A stretch of DNA of 64,000 nt, taken from the NCBI GenBank assembly GCA_964035545.1, contig OZ037765.1, positions 16,306,995 through 16,370,994 of the forward strand, written 5' to 3'. The notes below the pieces were generated by a model, which was given only the letters and a program-made list of their open reading frames with translations, ran no database searches and had not been told where the DNA came from. The DNA is from Bugula neritina. Taxonomy: Eukaryota > Animalia > Bryozoa. Every line of letters starts with the position of its first letter. Within the stretch, counting starts at the first letter, position 1. Shown one piece after another: positions 27,501 through 41,381 of this stretch. A program made the translations under genes and the position numbers.

Positions 27501-30500
27501 GCCATGCACCAAGAATTCAGTGAAGACTAATGTTCAAAAAGCAAACTTCATGCATTACATAAATTCACACACAATTCAATGCAAATTCTGTACAACATAT
27601 ATACTTTCAGAAATTTTAATGTTTTTTAATATTGCAACATAAATTATTTTTTTGAAAAACGGGCTATAAATCTAAAAAAAATTCAACCTATAAATAAATT
27701 CAAGTTTGTCAAACTGAAATTCTGCAAAATTAGAGGTAAAAGTGAAGTTTTGGAGATTTATAGGAAATTATTATACTGATTTCTCTACATTATATTATGT
27801 ACATCATTATATGCATTCCAGGTGAAGCAATAGCAGTGTTTTATAAAGTGTTTTTAAATGTAAAATATGCAAACAAAAAATCATGCAAATCTGATGAAAC
27901 TACATACTGCTTCAAGCATTTGGTACAGGAAAATATTATATTTTGAGACTATATCAATGAAACGCAGACACCTACGTAGGCAAAATAATTTTTTTAAAGT
28001 TTGAACCGTTTTAGAAACACTTGACAGTAGGGTTCACCATCTGATTTCATAATTAATAGCTTATACTTCCCATTTTATCTTCAAATTAAAGCTATAAATA
28101 ATATTTCCAGTGTTTAAAGTCAATTTTACTATGACAATCCTAGTAAAAATTTCAATACTCTTACTGGGACTGGATTACACACTTTTAATCCTCAAACATT
28201 CTCTAGAGTCTAGATGATAGCCAAGGTATATATAAATATTTTAATACTGCATAAATGAAGTGTGCTAGGGATTCTTTAAATGATAATAATGAACTACTTA
28301 TAAGGAGCATATATAATCATTAGAGTTTGCAGTTTATAATTACTTTTTCACTACAACAAACATAATTAAAATTGTGATATCTATTTTAATAAATATTTAG
28401 GAGAACTAAATAACCTAAAGCAAAAAGGTTCAAGCTGGTATTTCATTATGCAATACAGTGCATCTATTTAAAGGTGGGTAAACTTAATCTTTAATGTAGC
28501 TGATGTTTGAAGGCAATTTCTCTACTTCCCAGAGTATGAATTGCTATGTACAAATGTTTATCATCATTACTTTTCTATACTTCCTTTAAGGCACAAAAGT
28601 GCAAGATAACTTTTACTTACACTGGCTACCGGACAGGGTGACCAGTGAGAACAACTTGAAGTGGAAACAGGTTTAGACGAACCTGCGGAACAGCCCATAG
28701 GAATTGACAAGTTGCAGATTATCAGTTTCTTGGTGCCACCTGAATATTTGAGGTGGCAGTTTAGACTGTATGGACCTCTCTATCACAGTGTGAGGCACCA
28801 GACTGATACAGAACATGAATATAACCACACTGCTCATCACTACAGTGCTGAACACAGAATAAAACACTTTCACGAACCCTTTTTCCACAGTAACTGATCT
28901 ACAAAAAAAGAAATTTTGTGTTGGATATAATTCAAAGTAAAATTTTGACAATAAAACAATGTTCTTTTTCAGGGTATAGAATGAAACAATTAAACAACTG
29001 CATATAAATGTTGCTACTTAAAAGTAGCATATTGTTTAAATATGTTTTGGTTGTATGTCGTACTCACTGATAAAGTGCAGTGCTAATTTCCCATAGAAGA
29101 GAAGAAATAGCCACCCATATACTGACGCCAGTAGCATAGTAAACATATACCGCAAAACCTTGCTTTGTAAAATCTGAAAATGTGAAAAATAAAAATCTTT
29201 TTTAAACTTTAATGAAAAAAATTCACACAGAATTTTATTATTGCCAAATACAAGTCAACAAGTAGAGTTGAAATTAGGAGGTGCTCACAAATTAACTGTT
29301 AACGAACTAGCTAGTGAAAAACCCTATTGATTAAGTTGCTCTTAATAATACAAGAAAAATTTAACAAGAAGACAACTCTTAACATTTCCGATGTTTGGCT
29401 CACGGTTAGTTCACTGCACTTGGCTTATAGGCAGCAGAGTTTTGACAACTCCAACATTCAAGATGAAGGCATTGTTGCAGTATTGTAAGGTAAATCACGA
29501 CTTTTCTAAGAATTGATTTTACATGGTAGCTGAAGAAATTAGAATGGTATACAAGCGCACATTACTTATTTTAGAACTAATGATGACTCACTTATTTTGG
29601 AGAAGATAACTCCATCAGATATAGAAAAGGAAAAATATTTATAGCTGAAAACAGCTAGTACAGCAAAAGCTGTGAGATTCAACAGAGTACCGCATGAAGA
29701 CTTTAACATGTTTAGAGTTTTCTGCCACTGTTTTCTAGCACCTCGTCCTAGGTAAAGTAAATAAACATATTCTAATTAAAAATATAACAAAATAATAAAT
29801 ATAATTAAAGACCATATACATATCGGTCACCATCTTTCACTCTAATTTTAACTTTCTTTTACAACGAAGTACATAATTTTTATATTGAAGATTCTGTCAA
29901 CACAATATTTTACTAGTATGGGTACAACTTATATGTTTACCTAATGGTCTGTGTACACTGTAATCGTCTATGAGAGAGAAACACAGTACAATAGTGAGCA
30001 GATTAAAGAAGTTGTAGTTACCAGTCATCAGTATAAGTAGTTGGAGAGAGATCTACAAATATATCACACAAAAGATTAAAATCACTAATTCTCAAGTCAT
30101 TTTTAGAATGGGCAATTTTTGTCTCAGCATTAGAACTTTATATGACTTTCATTATATTTTTAAATATTAACCAACATCATACAAAAAAAAATTTTTTTCT
30201 AAACAATCATCAAAGTATAAGAAACATAATCACCACTTTATAATAATGGTGCATTCATTACACAGGTAATTGTTAATGAAATGTATTTATGGGATTATCT
30301 TCTCCAACTAAAGTGTGTATTATGAGCCATTTGTGAGTACAGGATTGCAGTTACATTTAATGCAGCTAGGTCAGTTATAACTGTCATAAATATTATCTAA
30401 TAGAAGTAAAAAATAGAATATAATATTTTACGGTATTATTACAATAAATATAAGCCTAAAATTAATAGCACCTACTATACTGAAGTGCTTTGGTACATCA

Positions 30501-33500
30501 GTTTACTATAAACAGATTATAATAGCCAGCATTCTAATCTTGTCACCTACTAACAAATCTAATGAAACTATAAAACCTCAGAAGTGCAATGCTGTCACAA
30601 AAAATAACTATAACTATAATTGTTTGCTAAGTTTTCATTTTAAAAATGGCCGATTTTCAAACTGCTTTCTCGAAATTACATTACAAACAACTGCCATGCA
30701 CCACTTGAAAGATCAGCATGCTTCACGACAAGCAGCAAACAAATAAAACCAAGTTTGCTAACAAAAAAGCTTGGATAGATTCTTATAGATTCAAATTAAA
30801 TGAATATAAATAATTATGAATAGATAATAAGTGGTAGGCCTACAGAGGCAGATACATAATAAGATTTTGTCTTATATATACTATAATGGGAGAGAATGAA
30901 AGTTTCATGGACAAGACCAAGGGAAGGGTTAAATTCCATTACACCATGGCAGTCAACAACTTAGACATACCATCAACACTTATATTACTTATATATTTGC
31001 TGTGGCACTACCTCACAGAGCATAATTATATCCACAGTTATATATTCAACAATCACTACAACATATAATATAATGCAGTATATACTACATTGAGTAAGGT
31101 GAACAATAGAGATAAAGAAACTAATTCAATCAAGTTGTTTGAACAAGAGCTTGGTTGCTATGAACAACATTTCATAGACTATACAATGGCCGATAGGAAG
31201 GGAAGTACCGCAGAAATAAGCAGCATGTAGTTAGTGATTGCTGACTGACAAGATAGCCTAACTTTATTGCTGTTTTTATTCAGGTAACTATGAAGCTTTA
31301 GCAATATTTAATCAATATCAGTTTTGCCTATCTTCAGCTCACTGCAGTAAATAGCAATAGTAATTTACTTTATGCTAATAAATTCAACTGCTGGTTTTTC
31401 ACCACATCACATCATTTCAAGTTTTCAAGATGATGTTTCAGCACCTTCCTTAGCCTAGAGTCAAGACAGGGGTAGCTGTAGAGTGAGAAGTTTTGGACTA
31501 ACTGAATGCAATGCATATAAAAGTAAGGATAGAGTTAATATTATATTACATTGATGGAAAGACTGTGCATTATTTTATAGTAGTACACTACATTGACAAA
31601 GAAACAATAAAAAGACATTAACTTGAAGTTTTCATAAAAAGTACCATAAAGTGTACATAATTGAATGAAAACACACAGTTTTATACTACACGTATACAAC
31701 AGTGCAGTTTTTATCTTTATGTGCTACAAGTTAAACACTTGTTTAACTAATGAACTGATTAACTCTTGTATCTTCAAACTACAGTGTAAAATATCCAAAT
31801 ATCTTTTAATGCAAGTATTTTATAGATGAAAAGTATTTAGGACAGGAGAAGACAACTAGAACAGAAAACATGCCATCCTCACCAGGTAGAAGTGCTTCAT
31901 CAAAGAGATCTTCATCAAAATCACCAGCAAGAACTCAACAGAATGCCAACTCTAAGAGAACGCCAAGGTGAGACGATTACAACCAGGTACTATATCTGCT
32001 GAATCAAGCTAATGACATCTTAGAACTCAAACCGAACAATCAATTTTTATAGTAAATCTGGAAAGAAAATTGGAAGTGCAATGAGTCAAGGAAAGAAGTC
32101 GATGACATCAGCCAAGTCAGTGTCATCTTTGCAATCCAGACTTCTGTCAGCTAAAAAGTCAACACCAGAAGACAACAAGCCAAAGAAGGTGATGATGAGG
32201 ACACCTGATTTAGAAGCATTAAATCTTCGGACAGAAGACCTTTCATTCAGTGGCTTGACACAGTTACCAACTGAGATGTTTATAGGTAGGTTTACTGGCC
32301 CAATAGGTGTAGCTACCAACTGAGAACTGGAAGAGTAGGAGACTGACATGTGTACTCGCATACTATAAAGTAGCTAAACCCCAATTTTATTAAATTATAA
32401 AATTGACTTCCTATTTCAAAATTTGCTACGCTCATACAACAACTTCTTACACTTTATATTGATATTTGCTACAGCTGCTGACACAATAGGAGAGTTGGAC
32501 ATCAGTGGGAATAACTTGAGATCTATACCCGCAGACATTTGGAAATTGCATGAGCTTCGAGCTTTAAATCTCAGCCAGAATAGCATCAAGTCTACATCAG
32601 CCAGTGACTACTCAGGATTACCTAAAGACTTGGCTAAACTCAAACATCTCCAGGTATTATTCACATCAGCCACTTTCAAATAATCTACTTCCAAACAATT
32701 CTAAATGATTACTGTCATTGTTTTAAAATTCATTCATTGAAATAATAATCTTCTGTACAACAAAATTTGTGCTGTGACCATAATTGTCATTGTAAATATT
32801 TTGTTTGATGACAGATAGTGGCCATATCCGAATGCAATCTCAGGTATGTTCCAGCTGTGGTGTTTGAATGCATTGCTATAACCAGACTGGATCTAAGCAG
32901 GAACAAGTTTCAGATGTTGCCTCCAGAAATAGGTATGCAATGTTTATAGTTTAAACTTTAAACCATTACTAACATATAATACAGAGGTGGGCATGTAAAT
33001 TTATTTATGATGAAAATTCGAGTGTTGGTTAAAGAAAAGAATTATAACTACACCATACACCAGTTGCTTTATTCATTATTTATAAACTTTAGCTCAGCAT
33101 TCAGGCTGATTGCATATATAGAGAGAAAAGGGGTGGAATTAACAAAATTCTAATACAATCAGCCTTTGCAGATGCACCAGACTGTTCAAAGTGAGTGAAC
33201 TGGTTGTGCTGGTTTGGTTTGCATGTGGTGAATCTAACGGCAAATGTGAAGAAGGGGGATTTCACAAACAAGAAGATGATTTATCCTATCCATCCCTGCA
33301 AGACTCCAAAAATAATATAATGCTATAATATTGCAGGAAACCTGGTGGATTTAGAATATTTAAACATGAGTGAAACAAGCATCAAATCTTTGCCCCCAGA
33401 AATAGCATTCTGTGAAAAGTTACAAGAGTTGAACATGTATGGAAATATACTGGAAATGCTGCCAGAGACAATGAGGGAGCTGCACGAGCTGACAGAACTT

Positions 33501-36500
33501 AAAATAAATGCAAGAAGTTTCCATAGCAATCTCGATGACTACATGAACAAACTGCTGAGGTAACTAAGATAATGAATAACCATGCTGTAGTTTAGCTCTA
33601 ATGGCCTAACTAAAGGGGAGAAAACTTCTAACAATCTTACTGTGCTCATGACTTGTTAAATAGAGCAAATATTTTCTATTCCAAATTGCGAAAGTGACGG
33701 GGAGGGAATATGGAGTAAAAACAATAAGTATTTGATGTCTATAAAACAAATTTTGATACATATTTATTTGCTTTATAACATAGGAATGGAAACATAAAGT
33801 CACAGCACATTCCCAGCGTACTGTTTGACATTCCAGAACTGAGAACATTAGATCTGGATGGTACGAGGATCAACAGTCTACCTGAGAAAAACAGTTGTAA
33901 GCTGGAGGAACTCTACCTCAGCAACAATTACTTTTTGTCAGTACCAAAAGGGCTTCAGACTTTACCATATCTTGTTATGGTAGACATGTCGCATAACTTT
34001 CTACCTGCTATACCTGATAACATACACGAGTTTTTACCAAGTATACGCATTTTGAGACTAAACTACAACCTACTTACTTCTCTACCACATGGACTTTGCA
34101 ACCTCATAACATTGGAAGAATTGGAACTATCTAATAATAAGTTAGCGTGAGTACATTTCTATCTCTAAAAATAATATGAAAGGTTACAAAATATAGCCAA
34201 AATACATGATTTTGGGAATATTTGTTATTAAATTTTGCATAAACTATTATAATGTCATCATATAGCAAACAAAATTAGTATTATTGCATATCCTTTCTTC
34301 TGTAAAATAGACATTCTAACTGAGTTAGTTTTGTATCTGCAGGCAGCTGCCTCAAGGCATAGGAAACCTGACACAGCTCAGAGTATTGAGAGCAGCTAAC
34401 AACAGGATCTACAGTCTTCCCAATAGCTTGTGTGATCTGCTAGACCTTGAAACACTGGAGTTGACCAACAACAGACTGGCAGAACTTCCAGTAACAATGT
34501 TCAACCTGACTAAGCTCACCCACATGCACACATTCTCACATATGAAACCTGTGGGCTTGTGGCTCCACAAGAACCCCATCATGGAGCCACCAGAAGTAAG
34601 GGAATCAGCACTACCCCCACCATTCTCTACACTAACTTCCCACTGTCCCCCAGCTATCCTCTACACTAACTTCCCACTGCCCTTAGCTATCCTCTACATT
34701 AACTTCCCACTGCCTCCCAGCTATCCTCAACATTCACTTCCCACTGCCTCCCAGCTATCCTCCACACTAACTTCCCACTGCCTCCCAGCTATCCTCTACA
34801 CTAACTTCCCACTGCCCTTAGCTATCCTCTACATTAACTTCCCACTGCCTCCCAGCTATCCTCAACATTCACTTCCCACTGCCTCCCAGCTATCCTCCAC
34901 ACTAACTTCCCACTGCCTCCCAGCTATCCTCTACACTAACTTCCCACTGCCCTCAGCTATCCTTTACATTAACTTCCCACTGCCTCCCAGCTATCCTCAA
35001 CATTCACTTCCCACTGCCCCCCAGCTATCCTCTACATTCACTTCCCAGTGGTCTTACCTTCAACTGGAGTTTTCTGCACCTATCCTCTAGTGAACTACAC
35101 ATTTCAGTAATCTTTAGCTGTTGATTAAAAATATCTTTAACCTAAATTAATATCTTCATCAACAAAAGATAATCTCAAAGGCCTTCTACCATTCAGAATT
35201 CTCTTGTACCTTTGAGACACACTAAATCCAAATAGCACAATACTCTGTACACTAGAATAATGTTACATTGGGCAATATAGGAATACAAATATTCAAGTAT
35301 TTTTTTATTTTATAAAGGACATTTACAGTGCAAATTTGCTCTTATATAATTTGGATTTTGGTTTTCAGAGGAAAAAATCTTTATGGCAGTAATCATTATA
35401 TTTTTACGCACCCAGGTGATATGGAAAGGGGTACAAATCAAGCCACTGTTCACCTATTTGAGAAAACTTCAGATTAAGAGAACAGAGCATCTACAGCCAG
35501 TGAAGCTGATTCTACTGGGACAGCAAGGATGTGGAAAGACAACTCTCAACAGAACAATCTCATCGGCTGCCAAGTGTCCAACTAGTTCTGACAATACACA
35601 AAAGGCAGCTCTACACAACTATTTGAGTGCCGAGGAGAAGTCAAATCTTATGAAAAGACTACCCAGAGATGAGTTGATAGAGAATATAGAAGAACCCAAC
35701 AGGTACAATTTTAAGGCGCTAGTAATTATAGTAGGAGAGATAACTCCAAACCTTAAATACAAGTTTTCTAGGATAGTATTAATGTTACATGACACAGCCA
35801 TTTTAAGAGCTGTTTTCACTGTCTTCGTCAAAAGTCAACACCCCACAAATGAATACCATTAAAGGTTAAAATATACTCATACGTGGACTTGAGTTTCATA
35901 ATAAGTTTTTTCTAGATAATTTTAATATTATGAAGTTGATGAAATCTGAAATTTTATGACAAAATTTAAGTTACTCAAAAAGCTTAGTGGCCTAGAAGAA
36001 ATTAACAATGATGATGTATATGCATGCTAGTGTTAATAGAGCATTATCTCAACTTTTTAGACAGGATAACCTGGGTTCCAGGTAAGAGCATTTTATAGCC
36101 AATGCATCAACTCTACCCATTATTCTGCCACAATGTACAAAATAGTTTTACTCAAGTTTATTACTATTTTCCACATATTTTATGCATTTTACATATTTAC
36201 TGTAAAAGCTAGCGGTGAATATTGGCACTGAATCATTCTTGTGGCAGAATTGTGATCAGAAAAAAACTTAATGCTTCTTAAGCTAATACATTTAGTGAAT
36301 GTTAACCTAACATTTTGCTTTAATAACACAGGTAGGTCTACTAAGTTATTGTATGCATTACTAGGCAAGCTGCCCACATACCTGCTCTTGCTGCTTATAG
36401 ATGTGGCAATATGAAACTTGCTGGAGAATTTAACTAACCAATGTTGTTCTCTTAACTGTTAAAACGTTATTTAAAGTCTCATAGGAAAAAAAGTAACGAT

Positions 36501-39500
36501 ACATGTGTGAACTAGTGGATTCAGCTGCTTCCTGCTCACTTTAGAGAACTTTAAGTTATAACTTTGACATGGCTGAAAGCCTACAAGGCCCAGCAGTGAT
36601 TTGGCTTATATAGACTATATACTAGTACCCTGAGCTTGCAAAGAGAAAGTGATGAAATAAGCACATTCTGTTCCAAGCAACAACCCCTAGACTTAAGACA
36701 TGAAATGTAACTGTACTAAATAGCCTATAATTATTACTATGTATTTCAGCACGTGTGTTGCTTCAGTCACACATTGGCAGACGGAGAATTCAATCAGATT
36801 TTGCAGCTATGACCTTGGAGGGGCAAACATGTACAAAGTATTGCATCAACACATGCTGGATAAAGAAGCTCTAACTCTGCTAGTGTATGACCACAGTCAA
36901 TTTTCCCAGCAGGTATTTCAGTCACCATCTCCTAAATCAACTATAGTAGCATTACTCAAACTAGTTACTGGTCATAAGTGTCATGTCGCAAGAGTAGCAC
37001 TTGCACACACCTGTGCACCAACTGCTGCTGACCATTCTGTGTCATTTTTTCCAAATATTAGCAAGAAAACATCATTTTAAATAAAGCAAAGAACTCGGAA
37101 AATCTTAGACAGGCACTGCTCTAATAACAGAAACGAAGTTGAAAGAAATGAAACTGAAACATATATCTACATGTTTTATATTTCCCGATAACCGGCAGCA
37201 TACTTCATTATTTTAATTTTAGCCAGAAACATATTACAGCCAAATAGGCTATTGGATAGATTTGCTACACCTGCATGTGCCAGGAGCTGTTGTTAAACTA
37301 GTCGGAACTCACAGAGATCTGCTGGCTCCTGAGTGTGTAGACTCGTCACAAGTCGAGGAAAGTGTGAAGAGACAGATAGATGAGTACAAGGCATATCTAG
37401 CAACAGAGTTGAGCAAGGTGAGCTGACTTGACCAGAGATTTAGTATAAAAGAGTAGCCAGAATAAAAGTAGCTCAGGAGCCTCCCAGTTTTTCAACAAAT
37501 CTCAACAATTTACCATAAATTTTAAAACTCTCAGGCTTTGCTTTCACAAGAATAGCATGACTACGATTTTATGATCTGACACTATTGCCACCCAATCACC
37601 AAGTAGCGAAATAAGTTGCAAATGAACATTAACTGTTTTGCACTATTAAATTGTATTGCTAGATGCTTGGGTTAGAAAACACAATCGATTCATTTTGAAA
37701 TAGTATAACACATTTTTTTGTTTAAAACGTTCAAAAGAATAAAACATTTTGCTGTATTAAGTATTTTCATCAGCTGTACTCTATATATGTTTAAGCTGAA
37801 GGAAAAAATTGAAAAAGTGAAAGCAAAATCAGAGGCGAATGTACAGAAAGCAAGTAGCAACCTGACGGAGTTTGACCCCATGGCTAATATTCTGCAGCTG
37901 GAATATCAAGCTAAACAAATGAAAAACCTATTGGACAACCCATTGAAAATTATGCCAAAAATAGCCCTAGTTAGTTGCACTGAGGGTGTAGAAGGTTCGA
38001 GATTACATTTGACAATTATAATGAAACCGCATCATCCACTACCCACAGTATTTTATGGAAATAACAGTTGCCAGTTATTCAACAATACATGACAATTTTC
38101 AAACCATTTCTTTAGGAGTTCTGGAATTAATTTCCGATATTGAGATGATAGCCATTAACAAAGAGCTGATGCCCACTGGCCAAAGATACATACCAATGTC
38201 CTGGCAGAAGCTTAAAGGGGCCATTAAGAAGCGGCCAGGCTACAAACTCAATTGGGCTCAGGTAATTAGAGAGACAACAGTAAGTAACACATTGTTTTAT
38301 TACATTCAACAGTAAATAAATAAGAGATCTAGATTATAGCTTAAAACCTACTCATGTACAGTGCCAAGGTAAAATTTTCACTAGGTAAAGGATTTAGGAG
38401 TGAAGTACAAAATCCAAGGAGAGATCTTAACAGATGCGCTAGAGTATGCTCACAACTGTGGTGATGTCCTGTGGCTACAGAACCATCACAAGCTCAAAGA
38501 AGTGGTATTTCACAAACCATTTAAGCTAATAGAAGCACTGAGAGGCATCATACACCACGATATCTCTAGCATCCTTGATTTTAATGGCAACAAATCTTTC
38601 TCTAGTATTGGCAAGCTTTCAAAGGTAAATATTTTACAAACACTAGAAAGACATGTTCAGTATGACACCATTTTCATCAGAGTAGAAGTTTCATAGGTTT
38701 TGCACAGTTTTGTTAGTAAATATTTACTCAATCATTGCTTTTGTGAAACAGTCAACCAGTTTCCCTCAATATCTTTGGTCCTTTAGGAGCAATTTGAAGA
38801 ATGTAGAAACAGAATGTTGACACATGGGGAGATTTCCAGACAGCTGCTGTTAGGCTTATGGTACTACTTGCCGTTCAGCACAGACAGAGAGCAACTTACA
38901 GATACATATGAGCTCATCAAAGACTTTGAATTGGCGTATCTAGTACCCCAGTCGGATTTACCTACATCTAAGACCTACTGTGAACCACTGATGGTAGCTT
39001 CAGCAACACTGCATTAAACCAACATTTAACTCTCTTTTCACATTAATTTGAGAAATACACATATACGTTCATTAGGAATTAAGAATTCAAAATTTGAAGT
39101 CAATGAAACTATCTTGCGATCACCATAACAGCAAAACATCCATGTGTTTGGGCAAAAGAGCATAGATTGATATATTTTTTCTTCACACAGGTTGTTCCCT
39201 GGTATGTTAGTATTGAATCAAGACTCTCTGACATTGAGATCCACTGGGATAGAGTGGCAGAAGAAGGCATGAGAGAGATGGAAATAGTCTATACGTTTCC
39301 TCATACATTCCCTGAAGGAATTTTTGAACGTATGAGCACACAACTCCAACAAGATGCCGATATCCGATTAGACTGGGCCAACACTATATACATAGAGGCC
39401 AAAGATAAAAAGACTTTGGTTAGACGATTTGTAAACCAAACAAGTTCAGAAATCAACGTGCAAATACAGGTGAATGATCTTGAGAATAAGACATCATAGA

Positions 39501-41297
39501 TATGTAGACAGCCAGAATGGCAGTATTTTTAGTGGTGTACATACAATTGCAGCTTTGATTGGGTTGTACTAAACTAATACCATTGCTACACTAAAGATCA
39601 TGAGGCAGAAGGGGCCAGTAGTCAAACCTTGAGTAAAGTAGATGTGACGAAAATGTGGCACAATACATTTTTGCACATAAACCAGGGCCTGACTTATTAT
39701 TTCAGGTGAGAAATAGTGAGTTGAGGGGAGCAGTGCAGCACTTGGCACAGCTTCACCAGATATGGATCAACATATTGGGTTCAGTGCCTGGTGTCATATG
39801 GAAGATACTCCACTATACAGCTAAAAAGTTACATGCAGACAAGTTGCACAGCGCTAACACCCCTCTTTCAGTAACACCATCAGCCAGATACTCTTCAGCA
39901 ACGACATCTGAAATGTCAAATATTTGAGCCACATTTGATTGCAAAACTTCATATATATTAAAAATGATACTTTATTGCACATTTTTTATTATCTAAAAAA
40001 CGACATTTGCTGATAATTTGGCAAAATTTTAAAATGTCAGCTCCATAATTATTGATAGCTTAATATTATGAAGGTTTTAGATTTTTTTAAATTTTTAATA
40101 CATTTGCAAGAGTAGAATAGAAATAATTATTGAATACCAAAAGACTGTGTCTGATGTAGTGACGAGAAAGACTAGCCCAGTTGCAGAGTGAAGAAAGAAA
40201 AACTTCTATAAACACTTCACCTTAATATATAGCAATATAATATTTTGGAGACATAAAGTGGACATAAAGAAAATAATTTTATTTCAAAAGCAATTTGACT
40301 TCAAGTATATGCATAGCCTAAGTTTTAAAGGACTTGAAAACTGTGTGAATATCGTAACTAAAAAGATACAATTCAGGCAATGGCATCAACATTTTGAAAT
40401 AAAATAGAATTTTCAGCTGCATTAAAAATTCATTAGAGTTTTAAATTAAAAACCTTTGGACAACTTTCATTAACTTATATGTTGAATAAAGCATTTGGAG
40501 TTTTCTTTTTTCAGGAACAACAACACAAATAATTCAACATCATGAAACTGAAATAACTTTAATAAAACTGCATAGGAATTATGTTTATTCTGCAACTATA
40601 TTACATAAACAATCATAAATAACTAATAACAACGCTTTGCAAAAAAAGGTGGTTAAAAACTATCCCCGCGTCTCCAAGCTTTGCATTATACGAATCGATT
40701 TTTCATTCCATGTTTGGAAAAAGTTGCATCAAAGAAACTCACAACCATAAATTAATGCAAATCGCAACCACAAATTCATTTGTAGGAGCATCCATTTGCA
40801 TAATGGTAGTAATGGAAACGCAGTGACTATGATCATTTAGGTTATGTTTACTGACATTCATTTAATATGTAATTATTAATTAACATTAGTACTGAGTATT
40901 ATTTTTGCTGCTATAATATAGTAATTTTCCTAGTAACACGGATCATTATGATATCAACAATTAATTGTATTATTTATTCAGCAATATCTAATTTAATATG
41001 AATAACTGCACTGTGAGTTGTCTGCACTACGTCCTAATGGAAACCTATAACTATTGACTATATTCAAAATTAAAAAAAATATTAAGTTTAAGCATGTATT
41101 ACTGACCTGGGCATAGAATGAAAACATTCTGAGAGTTTTGGTAGGAGCAAAGAATAGGAAAGAAACCGCAATTTGAATAACGAAAACGGAAGCATTGGAA
41201 AACATTCTGAACCATTGAGGGGTGTGATGAAAATACCAGGCCAGTGGTGTAGGTATGCACTATAAAACAACACAACATATTGTATACCGTATAATAG

Positions 41298-41381
<84 letters not shown>

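Noticed and set aside
34626-35048. CRISPR-like array (33-34-bp repeats)
   Set aside because: Repeats are head-to-tail without unique spacers, in a eukaryotic intron with no cas genes; it is a minisatellite.
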